A DNA stretch of 64,000 nt from an uncultured Gemmatimonadales bacterium (GTDB lineage: Bacteria > Gemmatimonadota > Gemmatimonadetes > Gemmatimonadales > GWC2-71-9): assembly GCA_963825065.1 (NCBI GenBank), contig CAWGRU010000016.1, forward strand, positions 41,732 through 105,731, in the 5' to 3' direction. The notes beneath the pieces were generated by a model. It saw nothing but the letters and a program-made list of their open reading frames with translations, did no database searches and had not been told where the DNA came from. A program made the position numbers and the translations under genes. Positions 1-8,077 of this stretch are shown piece by piece (positions within the stretch are counted from its first letter, which is position 1; the number at the start of each line of letters is the position of its first letter).

Positions 1-600
1 GGCGGGCTGGTCTGGTATGGCGGATTCGTCGGAGGCTTCCTTGCCGTCATGCTCAACGGCTGGCGACTTAAGGTCCCCATCCGGTGGACATTCCACCTCT
101 GTGCGCCGGCGCTGGCAGCCGCCTACGCCCTCGGCAGAATCGGGTGCTTCATCGTCAACGACGACTACGGCCATCCGACCACCCTGCCCTGGGGTGTCAA
201 GTTCCCCCAGGGGCTGCCGCCGTCAACCGCCCAGAACCTCAAGGACCAGTTCGGAATCCCCATGCCGGCAGGTATCGACCCCGCAACCGTACTGGCGGTG
301 CACCCGACACAGCTGTACGAGGCGACCCTGATGCTGATCGCCTTCGCCGTGCTCTGGCGGTTGCGCTTGAAGGCCCATCCGGTGGGATGGCTCTTCGGTG
401 TCTACCTGATCTTCGCCGGTGTGGAGCGATTCCTGATCGAGATCGTGAGAGCCAAGGACGACAGGATCTTCGGGCCACTGACCATCGCCCAGGTCACCAG
501 CATCGCTCTGGTTGTCGGTGGGGTCGCGATGATGTCATGGCTGCGCGAGGGCGCAGATCTTCCACCGGGACCCTACCTCCTGCGAGCCTCGACTCGCTAG
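1..600 (+). CDS. lgt: Prolipoprotein diacylglyceryl transferase (5' truncated by window edge)
   Basis: Frame 1 is open from base 1: GGLVWYGG..., ALGRIGCF (R-x-G-C-F motif), HPTQLYE, R-F-x-x-E-x-x-R. These are hallmark Lgt motifs. Confidence 0.93.
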   Translation, partial: GGLVWYGGFVGGFLAVMLNGWRLKVPIRWTFHLCAPALAAAYALGRIGCFIVNDDYGHPTTLPWGVKFPQGLPPSTAQNLKDQFGIPMPAGIDPATVLAVHPTQLYEATLMLIAFAVLWRLRLKAHPVGWLFGVYLIFAGVERFLIEIVRAKDDRIFGPLTIAQVTSIALVVGGVAMMSWLREGADLPPGPYLLRASTR

Positions 601-629
601 ACACCCGCGGAATTGCTGCCGGAATCGTG

Positions 630-663
630 TGCCGGAACATGCTTCCTGTTCCGGCATTTTCTT
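630..663 (+). terminator. Intrinsic terminator after lgt
   Basis: 10-bp stem TGCCGGAACA (630-639) / TGTTCCGGCA (647-656) followed by TTTTCTT. Confidence 0.7.
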
Positions 664-797
664 GCCTATACTGTCTTCAGGCGACTTCTGCAGAGTGTCG
701 CGAACAATCGGCTTGGCTTGTAGGTGACTCGTGGCGCATAGACTGCTTTGCTGGTTAGAGAAGGGGCCGACTGGCGTTCCAAGAAAGTGGTAGAGCG

Positions 798-830
798 AAG
801 AAGAAAGGCCTGCCTTACCTGGCAGGCCTT
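798..830 (-). terminator. Intrinsic terminator after the FTR1 gene
   Basis: Perfect 10-bp stem AAGGCCTGCC (805-814) / GGCAGGCCTT (821-830). The minus strand continues TCTTCTT, 27 nt past the stop at 858. Confidence 0.75.
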
Positions 831-857
831 CATCGATTTCCCGCTGCAACTCCCTCC

Positions 858-3002
858 TCACCGCCGGCGCGGAGCCGTTCGCGTCAACATCGACTTCAGG
901 CGCTCAACCTCCGCGCGCAATGCGGCGAGGTCGGCGTCCATCCGATCGAGCGAACGCAGGAGATCGGCTTCCAGGCGCAGCGGGCGCTCCACCGGTACCG
1001 TCTGAGCGTTCGCGGACGCCGCCGAGTTCGTATCGGGGGACTCGGGCACGGGGTCCGGCACGAGGATACTGGTCACCGCCAGGCGACGCGGCTCGATCAC
1101 GAAGGTCCAGATCAGGCCGGCCAGGAACAATCCCAGCAGCACACACTGCAGGGCCAGGGACTCGGTTGTCGGGTAGATGCCGAGGGCGGGTATGCGGGGT
1201 GCCCAGGGAAGGACGGTCGTACCGACTATGCCACCCTCCTGCAGTTCCGCGATTCCCTTCCCGGCGAAGACGAACGCCATGTAGTAGAGGAAAGCGCTGG
1301 TGAAGCCGAAGAACGGCTTCAGCGGGATCTTCACGCCCCAGCGGTTGATCGCGTAGTACACCAGGGCCAGGGCGATGCCGCCGACGAGCATCCCGAAGAG
1401 TACGGGCAGAGCCGAGCCAGTACCGGCAAGAAACAGCGCCTTGTAGAACAGGACGGTCTCGAATCCCTCGCGGTAGACGGCCAGGAACGCGACCGAGGCC
1501 AGAGCCAGCGCCGATCCGCTGGACACCGCATCCTGCACGCGACCCTTCACGAAGCGATTCCACTTCGCCACTTCCATCTTCGACAGGAGCCAGTAGCTGA
1601 CGTAAAAGAGCATGGCGGTGGCCAGCAGCATGACCGCGCCTTCGAGCGCCTCCTGCCGGTTCCGGCTCACCTGGAACATGGTCTCAAGCAGGAGCGCAGT
1701 GAGCAGACTGGCGGCGATCGCCGCGCCGACGCCCACATGGATGTCCCGGCGCCGGTGCCCGGCCCCGGTCTTCACCAGGAAGGCCATCAGCGCGCCGACG
1801 ACGAGGATCGCCTCGAGACCCTCACGCAGCAGCAGAATGAATGACTGGAAGAAGAGATTGATGGGAGAGAGCTGGTCGCTGATGGTACGCTCGGCGTTTT
1901 CCAGCTCCCCGAGCAACTCCACGTGAATCTCCCGCAGCTCAGCGGCGGTGGCGCCACCCGCCGCACGGGTGCGGAGGGTGGCGAAGGCCGTTTCGAGCCG
2001 GTCGGCAAGGGCGGCATTCTTCGCGCGGACGCCCGCCTCAACCTGCTCGAAGGTCATGTAGGCGTTGAACGCAGTCGTGCTGGCCTGCTTGCCATCGCCC
2101 GTGGACGCCTGGGTGAGGGCGCTGTCCAGCTGGCTGCGTACCGCCGTGAAGACCCGGACCGCATCATCCGCCCGGGGCTCGGAGGTGCCGAAGACTCGGA
2201 CGGCGGCGACCCGGCCCCGCACATCGGGGGCTGCCGGATCCCCGCCGGACGCCACGACCGAGGTCAGCTCCAGGTCGGTCATGCGCGCCGTGGTCGCGAA
2301 CTCGCGCAGCGCCGGTGGCACCTCGCCGCGTGGCGCAGGGAGCCGCAGCGTGGTTGCGTAGACGGCCGCCGCCCAGCGCTCCTCCGTGGTGAGCCGGCCC
2401 TCGAACGCAGGCATCGCCGTGCCCGCAACACCGATAGTGACGCGCCGGTAGTAGTCGAGAGGGGTGACCTCCGCGAGCTTGCGGAAGTCGGTCAGGTCGG
2501 AAGGCGGGGGCGTGAGACCGACGCTCTTGGAGCCGTCGCCGCGACCGGCCGGCCCGTGGCAGCTGGCGCACTGCGTCTGATAGACCTCGGCCCCCTGAGC
2601 CAGCCGTGGCTGAGCTGCGGGAATCTCATCCAGTGAGATACCGAACCGCGTCGCTAGGGCAGTGGCGAGCGCGCGAGCCCGCAGCGCGACGGAATCCGGC
2701 GGCGCCGCACGGGTCATCAGCGCGACAATGGCATCGATTTCCCGCGTCGTCAGCTGGGCGTCCGCCGGCGGCAACAGGCCGGCAGTCCGACGGGCCTCGC
2801 CGAGGAAGAGCTTGGCCTCCTCCACTTCCGCCGGCGCGACCACGGTGCCCCGCTGCACGCCGACCCCATACTCCTGGGCGGCGAGGGCTGCTGTCGCCGC
2901 GATGCGGCGGACTGCCGGCCCCTGGTCGCCCTGGTCTGGCGCGGCCGCGGGACTCCCCGAGAGGAGGGCAGCGACGAGAGGCACCGCAAAAATGAGAAGC
3001 AT
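858..3002 (-). CDS. Cytochrome c-FTR1 family iron permease fusion (PbrT/EfeU-like)
   Basis: Signal peptide MLLIFAVPLVAALL, heme motif CASCH, two RExxE motifs (REGLE, REGFE) in a multi-TM C-terminal domain. The start at 3002 is preferred over the ORF-track start at 3641. Confidence 0.88.
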   Translation of the reverse strand: MLLIFAVPLVAALLSGSPAAAPDQGDQGPAVRRIAATAALAAQEYGVGVQRGTVVAPAEVEEAKLFLGEARRTAGLLPPADAQLTTREIDAIVALMTRAAPPDSVALRARALATALATRFGISLDEIPAAQPRLAQGAEVYQTQCASCHGPAGRGDGSKSVGLTPPPSDLTDFRKLAEVTPLDYYRRVTIGVAGTAMPAFEGRLTTEERWAAAVYATTLRLPAPRGEVPPALREFATTARMTDLELTSVVASGGDPAAPDVRGRVAAVRVFGTSEPRADDAVRVFTAVRSQLDSALTQASTGDGKQASTTAFNAYMTFEQVEAGVRAKNAALADRLETAFATLRTRAAGGATAAELREIHVELLGELENAERTISDQLSPINLFFQSFILLLREGLEAILVVGALMAFLVKTGAGHRRRDIHVGVGAAIAASLLTALLLETMFQVSRNRQEALEGAVMLLATAMLFYVSYWLLSKMEVAKWNRFVKGRVQDAVSSGSALALASVAFLAVYREGFETVLFYKALFLAGTGSALPVLFGMLVGGIALALVYYAINRWGVKIPLKPFFGFTSAFLYYMAFVFAGKGIAELQEGGIVGTTVLPWAPRIPALGIYPTTESLALQCVLLGLFLAGLIWTFVIEPRRLAVTSILVPDPVPESPDTNSAASANAQTVPVERPLRLEADLLRSLDRMDADLAALRAEVERLKSMLTRTAPRRR

Positions 3003-3007
3003 TCTCA
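2993..3007. promoter_or_regulatory. Fur-box-like 7-1-7 inverted repeat overlapping the FTR1 start codon
   Basis: TGAGAAG-C-ATTCTCA, compared with the 7-1-7 consensus TGATAAT-N-ATTATCA, sits on an iron-uptake gene. Confidence 0.6.
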
Positions 3008-3107
3008 ACCGATCTTGAAATGACGGAGATAAACTAGAGCGCGCACATCGGAATTGGAAGAGGCGGGCCGCAATCGGACTCACCGGCGGGGCTGCTACCT
3101 TTCCGCC

Positions 3108-4658
3108 ATGAAATCCATTCCCGCGATCGATCCCGCGACCGGTCTGGTGTTCGCGGAGACTGCCGCGACCCCCCTTTCGGATATTGCCGGCCTCGTTCAG
3201 GCGGGGCGAACCGTGCAGCCGGAGTGGGCTGCCCGGCCGATCGGGGCACGCCGGACAGTGATCCGACGGTTCCAGCGCCTGCTGTACGAGCGCCGTGCGG
3301 AGATGGCCGGGCTGATCACCCGGGAGAATGGCAAGCCGCTGGCCGAGTCGCTCCTGACCGATGTCGCGGTCACCCTGGATCTCGCACGCTACTACATCGA
3401 TCATGCAGAGGCGATGCTCCGCCCCCGCCCCATTCGTCATGGCAACATCGCCTTCCTGGGCAAGCGGGGCCGGCTGCACTTCGACCCCCTCGGCGTCATC
3501 GCGATCATCGCGCCCTGGAACTATCCGCTGCTGCTGCCTTTCGGGGAAATCCTCCCGGCCCTGCTCGCTGGCAATGCCGTCATCCTGAAGCCGAGCGAAT
3601 TCACCACCCGAACTGCCGTCCTTGGTGTCGAGCTGCTGCATGAGGCGGGCGTCCCACGGGCCGTCTGCCAGCTGGTGATCGGCGGAGGGGACGCCGGCGC
3701 CGGCCTGATCGCGGCGCAGCCGGACAAGCTCTTCTTCACCGGAAGCGCGCGCACCGGTCGAATCGTCTCGATGGCGGCGGCGGAACGACTGATCCCGGTG
3801 AACCTCGAGCTCGGGGGCAGCGACCCCTGCATCGTGCTGGCCGATGCCGACCTGGAACGCGCCGCGAGCGGCGCCACCTGGGCGAGATTCACGAACGGCG
3901 GCCAGACCTGTGTCGCGGCGAAGCGGGTCATCGTGGAGCAGAAGGTGTACGACCGCTTCGTCGACCTGCTGGTGGAGCAGGCGGCGCGGGTGCAGATCGG
4001 CCCCGGGGCGGAGCCGGGGGTGGACATGGGCCCGGTGATCCGGGAGACCCAGCTGGTGGAGCTCGAACGCCAGCTGGCTGCGGCCGTGGCTCGCGGAGCG
4101 GTCGTGCGCACCGGCGGACGACGCCGGCCGGACGTGGGGCCAACCTTCTTCGAACCGACCGTGGTCACGGGAGTGCCGCTCGATTCACCGCTGTGGCGCG
4201 AGGAAGTTTTTGGGCCGGTCCTCCCGGTCGTCGCCGCACGAGACACCGAAGACGCCCTGCGGATTGCGAACGACTCGCCCTACGGGCTCTCGGCGAGCAT
4301 CTGGACGGGCGAACGCGGCCGCGGCGAGGCGCTGGCCCGCCGGGTGCACGCCGGCGCCGTGCTGATCAACGACGCGACCTGCCATGTGGGGACCGCCGAG
4401 GTACCGCACGGCGGAGAAAAGGAATCGGGACTCGGCCGCACCCACGGCGAGCTGGGGCTGCTGGAGACCTGCCGCCCGCGGTACGTCGGGAGCGACCTGC
4501 TGGACTGGATCCGCAAGCCGTGGTGGTTCGGCTACCATGAGGGGAGTCAGGTCAATCGGGATGCGTTCCTGCGTTTCGCATTCGGACCCTCGTGGTGGAT
4601 CCGGCTTGCGGCCGCGCCGAAGGCGCTGGGACTGCTGTTCAACCGCCGCCCGATCTGA
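3108..4658 (+). CDS. NAD(P)-dependent aldehyde dehydrogenase
   Basis: APWNYP, LKPSE, FTGS, LELGG (catalytic Glu), GQTC (catalytic Cys), EEVFGP. ATG at 3108. Confidence 0.92.
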   Translation: MKSIPAIDPATGLVFAETAATPLSDIAGLVQAGRTVQPEWAARPIGARRTVIRRFQRLLYERRAEMAGLITRENGKPLAESLLTDVAVTLDLARYYIDHAEAMLRPRPIRHGNIAFLGKRGRLHFDPLGVIAIIAPWNYPLLLPFGEILPALLAGNAVILKPSEFTTRTAVLGVELLHEAGVPRAVCQLVIGGGDAGAGLIAAQPDKLFFTGSARTGRIVSMAAAERLIPVNLELGGSDPCIVLADADLERAASGATWARFTNGGQTCVAAKRVIVEQKVYDRFVDLLVEQAARVQIGPGAEPGVDMGPVIRETQLVELERQLAAAVARGAVVRTGGRRRPDVGPTFFEPTVVTGVPLDSPLWREEVFGPVLPVVAARDTEDALRIANDSPYGLSASIWTGERGRGEALARRVHAGAVLINDATCHVGTAEVPHGGEKESGLGRTHGELGLLETCRPRYVGSDLLDWIRKPWWFGYHEGSQVNRDAFLRFAFGPSWWIRLAAAPKALGLLFNRRPI

Positions 4659-5046
4659 CCGTCCCGCGGAGCAATACCGCCACCGCGCCCGCGGTGGCAT
4701 CGGAGTGCGAGAGCGACAGCTCGAATCGCAACGGCCCGTGTCGATCGATCAGGTTCCGGGCCAGACCGAACAGGGTGAGGAATGGCCGTCCCTCGCTCTC
4801 TCGTTCCACTTCGAGGTGATGCCAGCTGACCGCCTGCGCCCCCGGGAGCGACTGCAGCGCCTTGTAGGCGGCCTCCTTGGCGGCGATGCGGGCGGCGATG
4901 TGCATCGCGGGCCGGTGCCTTCCCACCACATAGGCCTGTTCGCGCTCGGTGAGAAAGCGGGTCAGCACCCGATCACCGTGACGGGCCAGCATGCGCTCGA
5001 CCCGCGCGATGTCGACCAGATCGATCCCGACCCCGATCAGTTCCAC
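4639..5046 (-). CDS. acpS: Holo-[acyl-carrier-protein] synthase
   Basis: GVGIDLV, FLTEREQ, RIAAKEAAYKA, LSLSHS motifs. GTG start at 5046. Confidence 0.9.
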   Translation of the reverse strand: MELIGVGIDLVDIARVERMLARHGDRVLTRFLTEREQAYVVGRHRPAMHIAARIAAKEAAYKALQSLPGAQAVSWHHLEVERESEGRPFLTLFGLARNLIDRHGPLRFELSLSHSDATAGAVAVLLRGTVRSGGG

Positions 5047-5795
5047 GCCGACCAGATTCTCTCGACCAGCGCGGTGAGGGGACCCGGCACGGGCAGGTAG
5101 CCGCCGAGTACCAGGCCACAGTACGCCGCGGTCCCGAAGAGCAGCACGCCGATCAGCAGCAGCGGCCAGAGCGGGCGGCGCCATGCCCGAACCTCCTCGA
5201 TCTCGACTTCCCACTCCCGCCATTCCACCAGCAGCGTCTCCTCCAGCGCGAGCCACGCCGCCTCGAGCCGGCGGGCGGCGGTGGCGAGCGCAGCCTGCCA
5301 CTCCTGCACCGCGGTCGCAGACGCACGCTCGCTGCGCGCGGCCGGCGCCAGGCGATCGAGGGTGGCCAGCGCCCGGCGCAGGTCGGCGCCGCCCTTGTCG
5401 AGGCGGGCCGCGAATGCCCGCACCTCGGCGGCATCGAGCGGCAGCAGCCGGGCGTGGCGGGCCGGCAGCCGGGACTCGCGCGCCGCCGCCAGGAGCCGGT
5501 CGCTCACGGTGGCGGTGGCGCGCTCGGCGACGGATTCCACCGCCCCTCCCCACGCGGTGTCCCAGGCGGCGCTGTTGAGAGTCGCGAGGGCGAGTTCACG
5601 GTCTCCCTCCTGGGCCCAGCGGCGGGCATCTCCCGCCAGTTCGAAGAGCTGGGAGACCAGGGCGATGCGAATGTCGTCGAGGGAAATCCACTGCCCCGGC
5701 GTGCCCGGTGCGGGGGGAGGGGGTGCGACCAGTCGTCCGAGCGAGGGACCAAGCTCCGGAATGACCAGCGGGGTCCGTGCGGCCGGTGCCGTCAT
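5037..5795 (-). CDS. Hypothetical helical protein with C-terminal membrane anchor
   Basis: ATG at 5795 overlaps the CYTH stop (ATGA). Ala/Arg/Glu-rich helices end in WRRPLW plus a hydrophobic segment. Confidence 0.7.
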   Translation of the reverse strand: MTAPAARTPLVIPELGPSLGRLVAPPPPAPGTPGQWISLDDIRIALVSQLFELAGDARRWAQEGDRELALATLNSAAWDTAWGGAVESVAERATATVSDRLLAAARESRLPARHARLLPLDAAEVRAFAARLDKGGADLRRALATLDRLAPAARSERASATAVQEWQAALATAARRLEAAWLALEETLLVEWREWEVEIEEVRAWRRPLWPLLLIGVLLFGTAAYCGLVLGGYLPVPGPLTALVERIWSAWN

Positions 5796-6388
5796 GCGGC
5801 GCTCCACGCCGGTGATTCGTCGACCAGGGCCGCCTCGGCCAGCACAGCGGGACGGCCGGTCCGGGCCTCGTAGCGGGCGGCGAACTGCACCAGCGCGTCC
5901 GACACGCAGCTGCTCCGGGGGAGCCCGGTCACCGCGATCAGCGCTTCGATGCCTTCGGCGCTGCCTTCGATTTCGACCAGCACATCCATGCGCGGGTACC
6001 ACTCCAACCGGGCGACCGTCCCGTTCAGAGAATAGACCTCCACGTACCGATCGATCGCGTGCGTCACGCGGTAGCCGAGGGCCTCGAGGACCTGCTGGGC
6101 GGCGATAGCGTCACCCGCCACGAATTCGATCTCTTCGCGATGCTTGTAGCCCCGCTCGCTGACCGACGTCGGGCCCTTCCATCCCAACTCGGCCCGCTCG
6201 GGGCCCTGGCGCGGAATCCAGCGGCGCAGCCGGAGCAACTGATCCCGCCGTTCGAGCTCGCCCTCGCGGTCGAGCCGACGGTCGCGGAGCATGCCGCGAA
6301 AGCTCTCCCGCGCGCCGGCGGAGCGGAGCGCGTCACGCACCGCCTCCGGATCGGGAACGACCGCCTTCAGCTCGAGCTCAATCGCCAA
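5792..6388 (-). CDS. CYTH-domain protein (class IV adenylate cyclase / triphosphate tunnel metalloenzyme)
   Basis: N-terminal ExExK (ELELK), LRLR, WKGP, REEIE, LVEIE. Start inferred at TTG 6388. Confidence 0.82.
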   Translation of the reverse strand: MAIELELKAVVPDPEAVRDALRSAGARESFRGMLRDRRLDREGELERRDQLLRLRRWIPRQGPERAELGWKGPTSVSERGYKHREEIEFVAGDAIAAQQVLEALGYRVTHAIDRYVEVYSLNGTVARLEWYPRMDVLVEIEGSAEGIEALIAVTGLPRSSCVSDALVQFAARYEARTGRPAVLAEAALVDESPAWSAA

Positions 6389-7082
6389 GGATCGCCTCGA
6401 GCACGCCGGCGGTGTCGCTGAGGTCGGCAAAGGCGGCGTGAGCACCGGCCTCGCGCAGCGAATCGAGCGGGTAGGCGCCGGTGGCAACACCGATGGCACG
6501 CGCCTCGATGCCGCGGCCGCAGGTGACATCGGCGGGGGTGTCGCCGATGATCACCACCTCCCGGCCCCGGGGCTCCCGGCCGAAGTGCGCCGCGGCGCGG
6601 CGCGCGGCAATGGCGGGCAGATCGGGTCGGTGGGCGGAGTCGGAGCCGTAGGCGCCAACCAGGAAGCGGGCCGGCTCGATGCCGGCGGCGGCCAGCTTGA
6701 GCCCGGCGCCTTCCCGCATGTTGCCGGTGAGCAGACCCAGGACGACCTCGGGTTCCCGTTCGAGGGAATCGAGGAGGTCGGTGATGCCGGGCATGACCGT
6801 GGTGGGCGAACGGGGATGGCGCAGCTCGTCGGCGAGCAGGGCGAGGTACCGTCGGCAGAGCGCTTCGATGAAGTCGGCGTTGGTCGCCCCGCTGTGCCCG
6901 GCAACCTCCAGCAGCTCGGCCACGATCTGAGGGTCGGTCTTTCCGTCGAAGCGCACCTGATTGAAGGCCTCACTCACTCCGACCTCGTCGGCCAGTGCGG
7001 CGGTCAGGGCGCGGCGTCCGGCTCCGGCGGTCAACAGGATCGTGCCGTCGATGTCGAACAGCACCAGCGTCCTCGGCGCCAC
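6378..7082 (-). CDS. HAD-superfamily hydrolase
   Basis: DIDGT (motif I), LLTGN (motif II), IGDTPAD (motif IV). The GTG start overlaps the upstream stop. Confidence 0.88.
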   Translation of the reverse strand: MAPRTLVLFDIDGTILLTAGAGRRALTAALADEVGVSEAFNQVRFDGKTDPQIVAELLEVAGHSGATNADFIEALCRRYLALLADELRHPRSPTTVMPGITDLLDSLEREPEVVLGLLTGNMREGAGLKLAAAGIEPARFLVGAYGSDSAHRPDLPAIAARRAAAHFGREPRGREVVIIGDTPADVTCGRGIEARAIGVATGAYPLDSLREAGAHAAFADLSDTAGVLEAILGD

Positions 7083-7868
7083 TACTCGACCCTCCGCACG
7101 GCGACGAGCTGGGTCCGGAGCATCATGGCGCGGCTGCCGGGGCCCCAGGATTCGAGGATGACACCGCCTCGTGCGACGGTCGAGTGCACCAGGGTGTCGC
7201 TGGGTCCGGCAAAGGCGACATGGCTGACCCGGCTTCCGCGCTCGGCAAAGAACAGCAGATCCCCCTGACGATGATCGCCAAGCGGTACCTCCTCGCCCTC
7301 CTCCGCCTGCTGGGCAGCGTCGCGCGGCAGGGTGATGCCGCGGGCGAGAAAGGTGGTCTGCACCAGCCCCGAGCAATCCACCCCCCACGGGGTGACGCCG
7401 CCCCACTGATAGGGGGTGCCCACGAAGGTGCGGAGCGCCCACAGATCGGGCGACACCGCGCCGGCCCGGGCGGCCACGCGCTGGCTGGGAGTGATGGCGC
7501 CGGCGATGACCGTTCCCTGGCGCCCGTCCGGGAGGTCCACCCGCGGGGCGGCGAAACCGACGTGCGCGCGCACCGGCAACCGGATGATCGCGCCGTCCTC
7601 GGCGCGGACCACGGCGCCTTCACTCCACGCGGTCGCGGTCTCCCGCCAGCCGCGGGCGATCTCGTGATCGGTCTCGAGGGCGTAGCCGATGTGCACCCAT
7701 CCTTCATAGCCGATCGGTGTCGAGCCGGACGCGACGCCAGTCGCCCTGGTGCTCGAGCACGCGGGCCGTCTCGCCGAGCACGAACTGGGTGAGCTGCTCG
7801 CTCTGCAGCCTGGGCTCGCGGCAGACCGGCGCGACACCGACCCGCGCGATCAACGAGGTCGTGGTCAC
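7082..7868 (-). pseudogene. SH3 + NlpC/P60 (C40) peptidase with one +1 frameshift near 7712 (possibly an assembly error)
   Basis: The N-terminal frame MTTTSLIARVGVAPV..SEQLTQFVLGE..WRRVRLDTD joins the second frame GYEGWVH...PYQWGG..GVDCSG..RDAAQQ..GDLLFF..HVA. One extra C in ACC GAT C GGC TAT. Confidence 0.8.
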
Positions 7869-8029
7869 TTGGCCTGGCACGCCTTGCATCGGGTCACCCC
7901 CTCGAAGGTGCAGACGATACAGATGAAGGTGCCGCACAGCTCGCAGGGATACCCCTCGGACGCCCGCTCCTCGCGACCACAGGCGCGACAGATCATGGCG
8001 TCCCGCTCCTTCAGATCTTCCTTCTTCAT
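7865..8029 (-). CDS. 54-aa cysteine-rich microprotein (4 x CxxC, putative zinc finger); not in the ORF track
   Basis: MKKEDLKERDAMICRACGREERASEGYPCELCGTFICIVCTFEGVTRCKACQAK. GGAGG SD upstream, GC3-rich codons, stop overlaps the next GTG (GTGA). Confidence 0.82.
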   Translation of the reverse strand: MKKEDLKERDAMICRACGREERASEGYPCELCGTFICIVCTFEGVTRCKACQAK

Positions 8030-8077
8030 GGCCGCCTCCGTGAAGTCCCCCGGTCCGGGCGCGGACCGGGAGACCGA

